A stretch of 62,059 bases of DNA from Akkermansia sp. (lineage in GTDB: Bacteria; Verrucomicrobiota; Verrucomicrobiia; Limisphaerales; SIBH01), in contig JAYVNY010000111.1 in assembly GCA_043758205.1 (NCBI GenBank), positions 1 through 62,059 on the forward strand, given 5' to 3'. Below, one piece after another: positions 26,384 through 36,184 of the stretch. The notes under the pieces were generated by a model. That model ran no database searches. It was not told where the DNA came from and saw nothing but the letters and a program-made list of their open reading frames with translations. Position numbers and translations under genes: made by a program. How positions within the stretch are numbered: the first letter of the stretch is position 1; each line of letters starts with the position of its first letter.

Positions 26384-26471
26384 TTCGAAGAGCCGGCCTG
26401 CTGCGTCCGACTCAGCGCGACGGCTCCGCACCTGATGACGGCGCAACGCTGCGAATTTGAAATTTGGAATT

Positions 26472-27452
26472 TCACAACTTCACCTCCCCGAAAATGGACT
26501 TGAGCAAATCCTGCAAGCTCACGATGCCCGCTTCGCGTCCGTCCCGCGCGAGCACGATGGCGAGGCGCTGGCCGGCGCGTTGCAGGTGGCGGGTCGCCTC
26601 CTCCAGCCGCATGTCGGCGTCCACAAACGTCGCGGGCTGCACGTAGTCGCCCACGCGTTTTCGCAAATCGAGGTCCGCGCGGTAGAGCAGGGACCGGAGA
26701 TTGAACAGGCCCGCGATGCGCCGCTGCTGGTCCGCGCGCCACACCGGCAGGCGGCTCAAACCGCGTTCACGGCACAGGGCCAGCGCCTCGGCCACGGGCG
26801 TTTCCGTCGTCACCGTCGCGGCGCGCGCCATCGGCACGAGGACGTGCGAGACGGTGAGATTCTGCAAATCAAGGACGCGATTGATCATGCCGCGCTCCTC
26901 GGAGGAGAGTGATTGCGACGACTCCTGCATCAAGACGCGCAACTCTTCGCGCGTGCCGAACAGGCGGCCCTCGAAGGTCTGCCCGCCCGTCCAGTGCAAC
27001 AGGCCCGCCGCGAGCCACCGCAAGATCGCCACCACCGGGCGCAGGAAAAAATGCACGACGGCGAACGGTCCTGAGAGCCACAGGCAGAGCCGGTTGGGAT
27101 ACACGCGGAAAAGCATCTTCGGCAGCAGCTCGCAGACGCCGTAAAACAAAATGGTGCCGAGGAAGAACCCGGCGGCGAACCACCCCGGATGCGCGCGCAT
27201 CCATGACTGGAAGCCGACGACCACAAGGCTGGCGACGGCAAAGTTCGCCAGTGTGTTGCCGGCGAGGATGGTCCAGAGAAATTCCTCGGGCTGTTCGAGG
27301 TAGCGGTTCAACCGGCGGGCGTTGGAGTGACCCGCGCGCATCATCCGCCGGATGCGCACGCGACTGAGCGCGAACACGCCCGCCTCCATCCCGGAGAGGA
27401 AGAACGAGGCCGCCAGGCCCAGCGCGATGAAGAGGAGGAGGGCGGAGGTCAT
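26472..27452 (-). CDS. CNNM-type protein with DUF21 and CBS pair only (no CorC_HlyC domain)
   Basis: Seen: LSGMEAGVFALSRVRIRR (DUF21) followed by CBS-like repeats. It ends right after the CBS pair. The ATG at 27452 (MTSALLLF) gives 326 aa. Confidence 0.8.
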   Translation of the reverse strand: MTSALLLFIALGLAASFFLSGMEAGVFALSRVRIRRMMRAGHSNARRLNRYLEQPEEFLWTILAGNTLANFAVASLVVVGFQSWMRAHPGWFAAGFFLGTILFYGVCELLPKMLFRVYPNRLCLWLSGPFAVVHFFLRPVVAILRWLAAGLLHWTGGQTFEGRLFGTREELRVLMQESSQSLSSEERGMINRVLDLQNLTVSHVLVPMARAATVTTETPVAEALALCRERGLSRLPVWRADQQRRIAGLFNLRSLLYRADLDLRKRVGDYVQPATFVDADMRLEEATRHLQRAGQRLAIVLARDGREAGIVSLQDLLKSIFGEVKL

Positions 27453-27502
27453 GGGAGTGTCGAGGGACTTAGGTCGAGGGACGAGGGCCAGACGCGCGCG
27501 CA

Positions 27503-27613
27503 AGTAGTGGGGCGGGCGTCTCGCCTGCCTTTAGTCCCTTGGCCGTCCCGGCTGAAGGACACCAGCCGGGACGGCCCGTGGACTGGTGGCAGCCGAGACG
27601 GCTGCCCCACTAC
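27503..27613. repeat. Palindromic element, family C (gtagtgggg...ccccactac ends, central hairpin ggccgtcccggctg...cagccgggacggcc)
   Basis: Both the terminal and the central inverted repeats are visible. A shorter relative lies inside the rlmI-like CDS at 54673-54738, and related arms occur at 29754-29861. Confidence 0.85.
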
Positions 27614-27642
27614 AAATTGACCCGGGTCAACGAGTGACAGCA

Positions 27643-28887
27643 TCACCCCCCACCTCGCTTCGCTGTTCTTTCCACCGTGAGTTCCCGCACCACGCGCTCC
27701 TCCGCGCGCGTGGCGGTGAGTTTTAGCCCGCGAAAGTTCGCCGACTCGCCCGCGCCCGGCACCACGTCGCAGAGCATCGTCAGCAGTCCGCCCATCGTCT
27801 CGACTTGCGGCACGTCGCCCACCTCGGAGCATTCGCGGCGGAAGTCGCGCACCGTCACGGCCCCGCTGATCCGCCACTTGGTCGCGCTCAACTTTTCCAA
27901 AACCAGCGGGCGCTCCTCGGCCTCGTCGCGAATCTCGCCGACGACTTCTTCGAGAATGTCCTCCATCGTGACCACGCCGGCGGTGCCGCCAAATTCATCC
28001 ACCACCATCGCGATGCCGCGCTTCTGCCGCTGCAAGGCCACGAACAGTTTCAGCAGGTTCATGCTCTCCGGCACGAAGGACGGGAACTCAATCGCATCCG
28101 CCAAATCCACCTGCGGGTTGAGCAGGAGAATTTTCGTGTCGAGCACGCCCACGATGGTCTCGGGCGTGCCATCGAACATGGGCAGACGGCGATGGCGGAA
28201 CTGGCGCGCGGCGGCGATCATCTCGGCCACGCTCAGGTCATCGGGGATGCACGACATGCGGGAGCGCGGGGTCATCACGTCCGCGGCGGTCTGCTTGTCG
28301 AGCCGGATGATTTCAAAAATGATTTCCTTCTCGCGCAGGGCGAGCGTGCCTTGCTGCGCGGCGAGTTCGATCAATTCCCGGTAATCTTCCTCGCTTCCCG
28401 TGGTCTGCGGTTTCACGGCGCGCACGAGCACGCGCAGGAAGAAATTGTTGATGGCCTGGGCCAGCCGCTGGGCGGGCCGCGCGAGGTTTTGCCACCAGAG
28501 CATGAAGCGCGCGACGCGTAGTGACCACAGCTCCGGCGCGCGCACTGCCAAAGTTTTCGGCAACACCTCGCAGCCAATGAGGATCAAAAGCATTAGCGCC
28601 GCGACCGTGAACGCGATGGAGCTGCCGCGCCACACCGCGACGCCGAGACCGACGGCGACCACGACGGCATTGGCCACGGTGTTGCCGAGGACAATGGTGG
28701 CGAGGAGCTCGGAAGGTTGCTTGAGCAGTTGCGCGACGATGGCGCCTTCGCGCGGTGAACGCTCGGCGAGTTGTTCAATCTGCCATTTGCCGAGCGCGAA
28801 GAGGGCGGACTCCGCGAGCGCGAAAAAGAAGCTCGCGGCGGCAAACCCGAGCACCCCCAGCAGGACGAGCCACGGCGTGACATCCAC
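27643..28887 (-). CDS. CNNM/CorC-type hemolysin-family protein (DUF21, CBS pair, CorC_HlyC)
   Basis: The DUF21 N-terminus is FFALAESALFALGKWQIEQL. The CBS pair and C-terminal domain are also present. The product is 414 aa. Confidence 0.85.
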   Translation of the reverse strand: MDVTPWLVLLGVLGFAAASFFFALAESALFALGKWQIEQLAERSPREGAIVAQLLKQPSELLATIVLGNTVANAVVVAVGLGVAVWRGSSIAFTVAALMLLILIGCEVLPKTLAVRAPELWSLRVARFMLWWQNLARPAQRLAQAINNFFLRVLVRAVKPQTTGSEEDYRELIELAAQQGTLALREKEIIFEIIRLDKQTAADVMTPRSRMSCIPDDLSVAEMIAAARQFRHRRLPMFDGTPETIVGVLDTKILLLNPQVDLADAIEFPSFVPESMNLLKLFVALQRQKRGIAMVVDEFGGTAGVVTMEDILEEVVGEIRDEAEERPLVLEKLSATKWRISGAVTVRDFRRECSEVGDVPQVETMGGLLTMLCDVVPGAGESANFRGLKLTATRAEERVVRELTVERTAKRGGG

Positions 28888-28990
28888 GCCCGGACGTTAT
28901 TCGCAAGGGACGCCGGGACTAAAGCGAAAATTGGGAGCGAGCGGGCATTCCTCCTTTTCGCCAGGCCCGGCCTCGTCTTACGTTCGGGCC

Positions 28991-29752
28991 ATGAAAGACG
29001 CCGCGCTCTCCGCACTCGTGAAGTATTCCGACCGCCTGCTCCGCACGTCCGAAGTCATGGACTACGACGGCGCGGTGAACGGGTTGCAGGTGGAGAACTC
29101 CGGCCGCGTGTCCCGCCTCGCCGCCGCCGTGGACGCGAGTCTCGCCACCATCCGCAAAGCGATTGAGGAGCGCGCCGACGTGCTGCTGGTGCATCACGGG
29201 CTGTTCTGGAGCAAACGTCATCCGTGGACGGGAAAAAATTTCGAGCTGATGCGCCTGCTGCTGGACCACGACCTCGCCATTTACAGTTCGCATCTGCCGC
29301 TCGACATGCACCCGACGCTCGGGAACAACGCACAGCTTTGCGCCTCCATCGGCCTGCGGAATTTGAAGCCCTTCTTCCGCATGAAGGAACAATTCCTCGG
29401 CCTGCAAAGCACCGCCTCCGTGACGCGCGATGAATTAAGCCGCCGCCTCGCGAACGTGATGAAGTCCGAGGTGAAGCTGATTCCCGGCGGGCCGGCGACG
29501 TGCAAACGCATCGGCGTCGTCACCGGTGGCGCGGGCGCGGAGGTGAAGCTGGCGGCGGCGGAAGGCGTGGACACCTTCATCACCGGCGAAGGTCCGCACT
29601 GGACTTACGCGCTGGCGGAAGAACTCGGCGTGAACGTCCTCTACGCCGGGCATTACGCGACGGAGACGTTTGGCGTGAAGGCGCTCGCGGCGCATCTCTC
29701 GAAGAAGTTTCGTGTGCCGTGGGTGTTCCTGGATCATCCGACGGGGCTGTAA
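28991..29752 (+). CDS. Nif3-like dinuclear metal centre protein (YbgI/GTP cyclohydrolase I type 2 family)
   Basis: The ATG at 28991 gives MKDAALSALVKYSDRLL. Also seen: VLLVHHGLFW, YSSHLPLD and GHYATE motifs. The 5' part of the listed ORF (28400-) is antisense read-through. Confidence 0.85.
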   Translation: MKDAALSALVKYSDRLLRTSEVMDYDGAVNGLQVENSGRVSRLAAAVDASLATIRKAIEERADVLLVHHGLFWSKRHPWTGKNFELMRLLLDHDLAIYSSHLPLDMHPTLGNNAQLCASIGLRNLKPFFRMKEQFLGLQSTASVTRDELSRRLANVMKSEVKLIPGGPATCKRIGVVTGGAGAEVKLAAAEGVDTFITGEGPHWTYALAEELGVNVLYAGHYATETFGVKALAAHLSKKFRVPWVFLDHPTGL

Positions 29753-29753
29753 A

Positions 29754-29861
29754 GTGACCCCGGCATCCTGCCGGGCGGGGACTTACTGACGACGAACACT
29801 GTTCGACGAGGGAGTGGCTTGCTGACGGGGGACGCCTCGACCCGGCGGGACGCCGGGGCAC
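29754..29861. repeat. Palindromic element filling the entire gap between two convergent stop codons
   Basis: The arms are gtgaccccggcatcctgccgggc (29754-29776) and gacccggcgggacgccggggcac (29839-29861), about 19 of 23 complementary. The Nif3 stop is at 29750-29752 and the PfkB stop at 29863-29865. Confidence 0.75.
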
Positions 29862-29862
29862 G

Positions 29863-30918
29863 TTAATGATCGTGCGAATCCAGCGCGGGACGGTAGCCGA
29901 ATTTTTTCCCGAGCGCGAGACACGCGGACAGCGGGCGCAGACCACCGGTGCAAGTCGGTTCAGAGAGTGACGCGGCGGCGAGACACACGGCGGTTTCCAA
30001 GCATTGATCCAGTTCCCAGCCCTCGTGCAATCCATAGAGCACACCGGCGCAAAACGCGTCCCCCGCGCCTGCGGTGCCCGCAATGTTTTTGTCCGTGAGC
30101 TTGAGCGAAGACTGCCACACGTCGTCGCCTTTGCGCGTGCGCGCGAATGAGCCTTCAGGAAAATGAATGACCACGACTTCTTTCACGCCCATTTGCAGAA
30201 GCGCGCCCGCCGCGTGGCGCAACGCCACCGTGTCGAGCTTGCCGTCGGCCTGGCGAATCTTGAAGCCGGTCGTCTTGCCCGCCTCAATTTCGTTCAGGAT
30301 GCAGTAGTCGCAGAACTTCAACGCCGGCCCGACGATCTTCGCGAAGCGATCGCTGTCCTCGCTCACCACGTCCACGCTGGTCTTGAGACCGGCGGCTTGC
30401 GCGGCCGCGAGCAGGCGCGCGGCTTTGGTGCCGTGCTTCACATCGGCCAGGTCCAGCGCATCCAGCAGGAGCAGGTAGCCGAGGTGAAAAATTTTCGCCT
30501 TCGTCTTGGTGAAATCGAGATCCTCGGCCGTCCACAGCGCATTCGCGCCGCGATTGTGAAAGAACGTGCGCCGTCCGCCGGTGCGCTCCGTCATGACGTC
30601 CGTGTAGGAAGTGGCGGCGGCGGCGGTGGCTTTGAGAAACTTCGCGTCAATCTTCAGCTTCTTGCAGTCGGCGAGAATCTGGTCACCGAACGCGTCCTTG
30701 CCCACGAGACCGGCGGCGGTGAGCGGGAACTTCGCGCCGATCTTCGCCAGATCGATGAGCACGTTGTAAGGCGCGCCGCCCGTGCCGAGTGCGACCGGGC
30801 CGTGAATGTTCGCCAGCGACTCGCGCTGCGGGAACACGTCAATCATCTTGACCTGATCAATGATCCAGTTGCCCCCGGCGAGGACGCCGCTACGGTTCGA
30901 AGGTTGCTTAAGTTTCAT
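29863..30918 (-). CDS. PfkB-family carbohydrate kinase (ribokinase-like)
   Basis: Seen: an N-terminal GG motif region, a C-terminal GAGDAF motif, and a ribokinase-fold pattern. The product is 351 aa. Confidence 0.8.
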   Translation of the reverse strand: MKLKQPSNRSGVLAGGNWIIDQVKMIDVFPQRESLANIHGPVALGTGGAPYNVLIDLAKIGAKFPLTAAGLVGKDAFGDQILADCKKLKIDAKFLKATAAAATSYTDVMTERTGGRRTFFHNRGANALWTAEDLDFTKTKAKIFHLGYLLLLDALDLADVKHGTKAARLLAAAQAAGLKTSVDVVSEDSDRFAKIVGPALKFCDYCILNEIEAGKTTGFKIRQADGKLDTVALRHAAGALLQMGVKEVVVIHFPEGSFARTRKGDDVWQSSLKLTDKNIAGTAGAGDAFCAGVLYGLHEGWELDQCLETAVCLAAASLSEPTCTGGLRPLSACLALGKKFGYRPALDSHDH

Positions 30919-31061
30919 TTCCGAAGACGCCGTGCCCCGGTGAGAGGGGTCCAGCGTTCAATGTGCGCCATCATTGAAGAAAAACCGGCGCGTTGGGGCA
31001 AGCCAATTCCCCGTCCGTCTCTTTTCTGGCTTTCCAGTGAGGAGGGAATTAAGGGCAAGTC

Positions 31062-31364
31062 ATGGATGTTGAACGCGACGGCAACCTGATCGAGGCGGGT
31101 GTTTGGTTTGTATTTGCCATCGTGTTGTTCATTTACGCATTTCGGCGCGAGCAGCGATTGCGCGCCACGTTTTGGTTTCTGGCCGTGGTCATCGTGGCGT
31201 TTGGCTTTTCCGATGTGGTGGAGGCACGCACCGGCGCGTGGTGGAAGCCTTGGTGGCTGTTCGTGTGGAAAGCGTCGTGCGTGCTGCTGATGCTGGCGGG
31301 CGCGTGGCGTTACCGGCGGCTGACGAAAAAGGATTCAGGCGGGACGCCCGACGCGAAACCTTAA
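31062..31364 (+). CDS. Small hypothetical membrane protein (100 aa, ~3 TM helices)
   Basis: This is an intact ORF with Trp-rich hydrophobic helices. I recognise no family. Confidence 0.5.
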   Translation: MDVERDGNLIEAGVWFVFAIVLFIYAFRREQRLRATFWFLAVVIVAFGFSDVVEARTGAWWKPWWLFVWKASCVLLMLAGAWRYRRLTKKDSGGTPDAKP

Positions 31365-31477
31365 GCGTTTGATGCATCGCGCCCGCGGGACGCAGGCCGC
31401 ACGCTGCCAGTAACATTCCCCGAATAAATCGTTGCGCGCAGCAGCGGACTGCCGAAACTCATTCCCGAAGAAAATTT

Positions 31478-32476
31478 ATGACACCTACTGCCACTGCTGA
31501 AGGGCCGTCCAAAGTGACGGCAGACCTCACGCAACTCGATCAACTCAAGAAATTCACCAAGGTCGTCGCCGACACCGGCGACTTCGCGAGCATCCGCAAA
31601 TCCCAGCCGCGCGACGCCACCACGAATCCCAGCCTGTTGCTCAAGGCCGCGACCATGCCTGAGTATGCTGACCTCGTGAACAAGACCATCGCCGACGCCA
31701 AGCAGGAGACCGGCGGTTCTGGCGCGCTCGAAGCCGCGCTCGACAGGCTCTCGGTCGCGTTCGGCCTCGAGATTTTGAAGATCGTTCCGCACCGCGTTTC
31801 GACCGAGGTGGACGCACGGCTGAGTTTTGACCGCGCGGGTTCCGTGGCGAAGGCTCGCTCGCTCATGGCGCGTTATGAGAAGGCGGGCATCGCGCGCGAA
31901 CGCATTCTCATCAAGCTCGCCTCGACGTGGGAAGGCATCCAGGCCGCCGCCGAGTTGAAGAAGGACGGCATCAACTGCAACCTCACGCTGCTCTTCTCCT
32001 TCGCGCAGGCTGTGGCATGCGCCGAGGCGGGCGTGCAGCTCGTCTCGCCGTTCGTGGGCCGCATCCTCGACTGGCATAAGAAGAGCACGGGCAAGGATTA
32101 TTCAGCGACGGAAGACCCCGGCGTGGTCTCGGTGACAAAGATTTACAATCATTACAAAAAGTTCGGCTACCAGACGGAAGTCATGGGCGCGAGCTTCCGC
32201 AACCTCGGCGAGATTCTGGAACTGGCCGGCTGCGACCTGCTCACCATCAGCCCCGGACTGCTGGAAGATTTGGCGAAAGGCGCGGCCCCGGTCACGCGCA
32301 AGCTCTCGCCCGAAGCCGCCGCGAAGTCTGACGCGCAGAAGCTGCATCTCGACGAGAAGACCTTCCGCTGGCAGCACAACGAAGACCAGATGGCGACGGA
32401 GAAACTCTCCGAAGGCATCCGCCTCTTCGCCGTGGACACGCTCAAGCTGGAAAAGTTCATCGCGGAGAAGTTGTGA
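31478..32476 (+). CDS. tal: Transaldolase (TalB type)
   Basis: Seen: [25 protein letters not shown] (the active-site Lys context) and NCNLTLLFS. The product is 332 aa. Confidence 0.95.
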   Translation: MTPTATAEGPSKVTADLTQLDQLKKFTKVVADTGDFASIRKSQPRDATTNPSLLLKAATMPEYADLVNKTIADAKQETGGSGALEAALDRLSVAFGLEILKIVPHRVSTEVDARLSFDRAGSVAKARSLMARYEKAGIARERILIKLASTWEGIQAAAELKKDGINCNLTLLFSFAQAVACAEAGVQLVSPFVGRILDWHKKSTGKDYSATEDPGVVSVTKIYNHYKKFGYQTEVMGASFRNLGEILELAGCDLLTISPGLLEDLAKGAAPVTRKLSPEAAAKSDAQKLHLDEKTFRWQHNEDQMATEKLSEGIRLFAVDTLKLEKFIAEKL

Positions 32477-32532
32477 GAGGATTTGGGCGGCGCTTCGAGT
32501 GGAGCGCCGCCTGATTTGTTGGTGGCGTTCAC

Positions 32533-32790
32533 ATGAAACACAGCAAACAGACATCTTGGCTGAAGCGTTTAGGGCGGGGACTGCTGCATCAGATTTTGCT
32601 CGTCGCTGTGTTTTTCGCGCCGTTCATCGTTTTCAATCTCCTGCGTTTGATCTTTCCAAAATTTCGCTTCTCGACGGCTTACATGTTCGTTTCTCTTATC
32701 TGGATTTTCGGTGCCATGATTGTGTATTTCGCGAGAAAGGATCGAGCTGAACAGTTACAGAAATCGAAAGACGACGACCACACCGCTTAA
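32533..32790 (+). CDS. Small hypothetical membrane protein (85 aa, 2 TM helices)
   Basis: This is an intact, visibly A/T-richer ORF with two hydrophobic helices. I recognise no family. Confidence 0.45.
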   Translation: MKHSKQTSWLKRLGRGLLHQILLVAVFFAPFIVFNLLRLIFPKFRFSTAYMFVSLIWIFGAMIVYFARKDRAEQLQKSKDDDHTA

Positions 32791-32930
32791 CCAGGCGCCG
32801 TACTGGGTTCGTCAGTCCACTCGGACGCGCACATGAAAAATCTTCCCGATTCCGGCGCGGCGCAGTGAGGACACCGCGCCCTACCACACCGGAACAATCG
32901 CGCGCTCGTTGCGGCCTCTTGGGCGGCATC

Positions 32931-33743
32931 TCACAAATGCAGATGCGGCCACAGGTCTGCCGGGGCCATCTTCAAATTGATGATGAACTTTCCGAAGTCG
33001 CCGAAGCGCGCGCTCACTTCGTCGAAGCGCATTTCATAGACGATCTCCTTGAGCGCATCCACCTGGTGGGCCATGAGCGTGACGCCCCATTCCCAATCGT
33101 CGAGTCCGGTCGAGCCGGTGATGAGCTGGGAAATGCGTCCGCCGTACTTGCGCCCGATGCGCGCATGGCCACCCATCATTTTTTTCCGTGCGTCGAGGTC
33201 GAGCGAATACCAGTTGTCGCCGCCGCTGCGGCGCTTGGACATGGGGTAGAAGGCCATGACTTCCCAGTCGGGCAGCTCGGGCTGGAGGCGATACAGTTCG
33301 TAGTCGGCCTTGCGCTTGGCGAGTTCGGCCCAGCGTTTCTCGTAGGCTTCGCTGCCCGGCTCCAGCTTCTCGGCGACGAGCGCGGCGCGGTTGTCGTCGT
33401 CGGTGGCCATGTATTCGACGAGTTCGGTGACGCTGAAGTAGGAGAACTCGCGCGTGAGCGTGCCGGCGGGAAAACAGTTTTCCAAATCACGATGCATCTG
33501 GGCGAGTGCGCCGAGTTCCGCCGCATAAAGAATGAAGGCCATGTCGCCCTTCGCGCCAATGGTGGCGTAGCTGCGGAGCTTGGGATGCGAGGGCGCGTTG
33601 TTCTTCGCCGCCAGCGCCTCGACGCACTTCAACGCCTGCGCGGATTCCTCCGGCTCAAGTTGCGACCAGCAGTAGCGGTCAATGGAGTAGAAGAGATGCA
33701 GCACATGGATGCCGCGGTCGAGTTTCACAGTGGGGATGGTCAT
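32931..33743 (-). CDS. Chlorite dismutase family protein (HemQ/ChdC-like coproheme decarboxylase candidate)
   Basis: The 270-aa product begins with an HVLHLFY motif and has MGGHARIGRKYGG (the proximal His context), typical of the Cld/HemQ family. Confidence 0.75.
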   Translation of the reverse strand: MTIPTVKLDRGIHVLHLFYSIDRYCWSQLEPEESAQALKCVEALAAKNNAPSHPKLRSYATIGAKGDMAFILYAAELGALAQMHRDLENCFPAGTLTREFSYFSVTELVEYMATDDDNRAALVAEKLEPGSEAYEKRWAELAKRKADYELYRLQPELPDWEVMAFYPMSKRRSGGDNWYSLDLDARKKMMGGHARIGRKYGGRISQLITGSTGLDDWEWGVTLMAHQVDALKEIVYEMRFDEVSARFGDFGKFIINLKMAPADLWPHLHL

Positions 33744-33773
33744 GGTTTGGAAAAATTATGAGTGAGTCAGTAA

Positions 33774-34175
33774 TCAGCTTTCGTGCAACGCCTGGTCAAG
33801 GAACTGCGCGAGGTGCTGGAGAATGGCGGCGTCGGTGACGACGAGATTCGCCCCGGCAGCGGCGGCGGACGGATGCGCCGACTCGTCCGCGCTGAAGGCG
33901 ATGATGGGGATATGCGCGGTGCCCTGGTTACGCCGCAACGCCGCCACTTGCTCCGTGACCGAAGTGCGCGTGGAACTGAGATCGATGAGCGCGAGCAGCG
34001 GCTTGTGTTCCTCGGCGGACATGACGAGCGCGGTCGGGTCGTTCACCGTCTGCACGCGCCAGCCGGTGTCCGCGAGCCGGTTCGCGAGCTGCGAGCCGGG
34101 CAGCAGCTTCTCGTAGCAAAGCAGGGCCAGCGGTTTGGTCATGTGCGCGCGAGTGTGGGTCATGGTTGCGGGCAT
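33774..34175 (-). CDS. Single-domain response-regulator receiver protein (degenerate acidic pocket)
   Basis: The CheY-like pattern is LALLCYE...LLALIDLS...IPIIAFSA. An alternative start lies at 34142 (MTKPLALL). Confidence 0.6.
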   Translation of the reverse strand: MPATMTHTRAHMTKPLALLCYEKLLPGSQLANRLADTGWRVQTVNDPTALVMSAEEHKPLLALIDLSSTRTSVTEQVAALRRNQGTAHIPIIAFSADESAHPSAAAAGANLVVTDAAILQHLAQFLDQALHES

Positions 34176-34290
34176 GGCAAAAAATTTTCCGGGCCGGTGA
34201 ACATCCGGCCCTCGCCTACGGGCCGCTGGTTATGAGCGGAGGGGCTGTCCACGGCCCTGCCTGACGTGGTGCAGTGCTGGAAGAACTCCC

Positions 34291-35400
34291 TCACTTCAAG
34301 TTCTTCGGATTGAGCGGCTGCAAATCTTTCGGCACGAACAGCCCGTTCTTGCGAATCACTTCGCCATCAAACTGCACCTCGCCTCCCCCCCACTCGGGAC
34401 GTTGGATGAGCACCATGTCCCAATGCACCGCCGAGCGATTGCCGTTGTCCGCCACTTCGTAAGCCTGTCCCGGCGTGAAGTGCAGCGACCCGGCAATCTT
34501 CTCGTCGAACAGGATGTCGCACATCGGACTCAGGATGTACGGATTGAACCCCAGCGAGAACTCGCCGATGTAGCGCGCGCCCGGGTCGGTATTGAGGATC
34601 TCGTTCAGGCGCTTGGTGTTGTTGGACGTGGCCTCCACGATTTTGCCGTCCTTGAAGGCGAGGCGCACGTTCTCAAACTTGGTGCCGGAGTAAATCGTGG
34701 GCGTGTTGAATTGGATGTGGCCCTGGACAGAATCCTTCACGGGACAGGAGAAGACCTCGCCATCGGGAATGTTCCGCAAGCCCTCGCACATGACGGCGTT
34801 GATGCCCTTGATGCTGAAGCGCAAGTCCGTGCCGGGCGCGGTGATGTGGACGTCGCCGGCTTTCTTCATGCGCTTCTCCAGCGGGGCCATCGCGCGCGCC
34901 ATCTTCGCGTAATCCATCGTGCAGACATCGAAGTAGAGATTCTCGAACGCTTCGGTGCTCATGCTCGCCGCCTGCGCCATGCTGGGCGTCGGCCAGCGCA
35001 GGACGCACCAGCGGGTCTTGTTCACGCGGTAATTTTGCACGGGGCGAATGGTCTTCGAGTAGAGGGCCATCTTCTCGCTCGGGATGTCGGCGTTTTCGCT
35101 GGCGTTGGCCGCGCCGCGGATGGCGAGGTAGGCCTGCACTTTTTTCATGCGCGCGAGTTCGATGCGGCTCACGAGCGCGGCGTGTTTGTCGTTCGTGTCA
35201 CGGATGATCTCGCGGGTCACGCGGCTGTGGCGCACTTCGATGATGGGAATCGCGCCGACCTTCCGCGTGGCGCGCATGAGTTCCACGGCAAATTCATCGG
35301 GCACGTCAATGACCTCGATGAGGATGCGGTCGCCGCGTTTGAGACGGCAGGAATATTCGATGAGGAGCTTGGCGAGTTTTGTCAGACGCGGATCAGTCAT
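34291..35400 (-). CDS. Aminopeptidase, M29 (AmpS/PepS) family
   Basis: The 369-aa product has the family-typical layout: MTDPRLTKLAKLLIEYS..., IPDGEVF and FDEKIAGSLHFTPGQAY. Confidence 0.85.
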   Translation of the reverse strand: MTDPRLTKLAKLLIEYSCRLKRGDRILIEVIDVPDEFAVELMRATRKVGAIPIIEVRHSRVTREIIRDTNDKHAALVSRIELARMKKVQAYLAIRGAANASENADIPSEKMALYSKTIRPVQNYRVNKTRWCVLRWPTPSMAQAASMSTEAFENLYFDVCTMDYAKMARAMAPLEKRMKKAGDVHITAPGTDLRFSIKGINAVMCEGLRNIPDGEVFSCPVKDSVQGHIQFNTPTIYSGTKFENVRLAFKDGKIVEATSNNTKRLNEILNTDPGARYIGEFSLGFNPYILSPMCDILFDEKIAGSLHFTPGQAYEVADNGNRSAVHWDMVLIQRPEWGGGEVQFDGEVIRKNGLFVPKDLQPLNPKNLK

Positions 35401-35566
35401 GCCGGGAGTTCAAGGAATTGGCGCGGAAGTTGGAAGCGGAAAGTGCAGGAGGGGAGCGCGGGCCTGCCAGCTCTCAGCCATGTTCCACGTCAGGAAGGCT
35501 TTCTTCCAGACCAGCAGGTCGGATGGTCGAGAATTGCTGCGGCTGGAAAGTCCGCGCGCCGCCGAT

Positions 35567-36127
35567 TTAGTAAATCGCCTTGCCGATGATCTGCGCGCGC
35601 GGCACGGGACCCAGCTTGGACATGGCGCGGTTGTCGCCCATGACGTAGTAGTCGTTCGCGCCGAGCTGCATGGGGGCGAGTTTCCAGAGCAACGGCTTCA
35701 CGGGATACGTTTCCTTCAGCGGACATCCGTTGACCAGCACCGTGTCCCGCTCGAACGCGATGCGCTCACCGGGCAGCCCGATGATGCGCTTGATGTAAAA
35801 CTCATTCCCGACATGCAGGCCCACGACATCGCCACGCTGCGGGCTGGTGGAAAAATACGCGAGACGGTTGATGACGGTGGGTTGGCCATCGTCGTAGTTC
35901 GGGGCCATGCTTTCGCCGTTCACCCGCACCGGCCAGAGAAACCAGTGCGTGACCGCGTAAAACGCCGCGCAAATGGCCAGGGCCACGCAGAGTATTTTGC
36001 GAGGCGAGCGGCGCGTCGGCAGCGTGGGGGAACTGGCCGTGGTGGTGACGGGGTGGTCGGGCTGAACTTGCACGAGTGTCCCGAATGAATGCTCCGGCGT
36101 GACGACTGACTTTGCTTCCAAAACCAT
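35567..36127 (-). CDS. lepB: Signal peptidase I
   Basis: Seen: GESMAPN (catalytic Ser box), YIKRIIGLPGE (Lys box) and GDNR. The N-terminal TM helix is present. Confidence 0.9.
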   Translation of the reverse strand: MVLEAKSVVTPEHSFGTLVQVQPDHPVTTTASSPTLPTRRSPRKILCVALAICAAFYAVTHWFLWPVRVNGESMAPNYDDGQPTVINRLAYFSTSPQRGDVVGLHVGNEFYIKRIIGLPGERIAFERDTVLVNGCPLKETYPVKPLLWKLAPMQLGANDYYVMGDNRAMSKLGPVPRAQIIGKAIY

Positions 36128-36184
36128 GCTTTAGTTTCGGCAAACGCGGGGAAATTCTTCAGTAGGCCGCCCGCCCGCCCGCCG

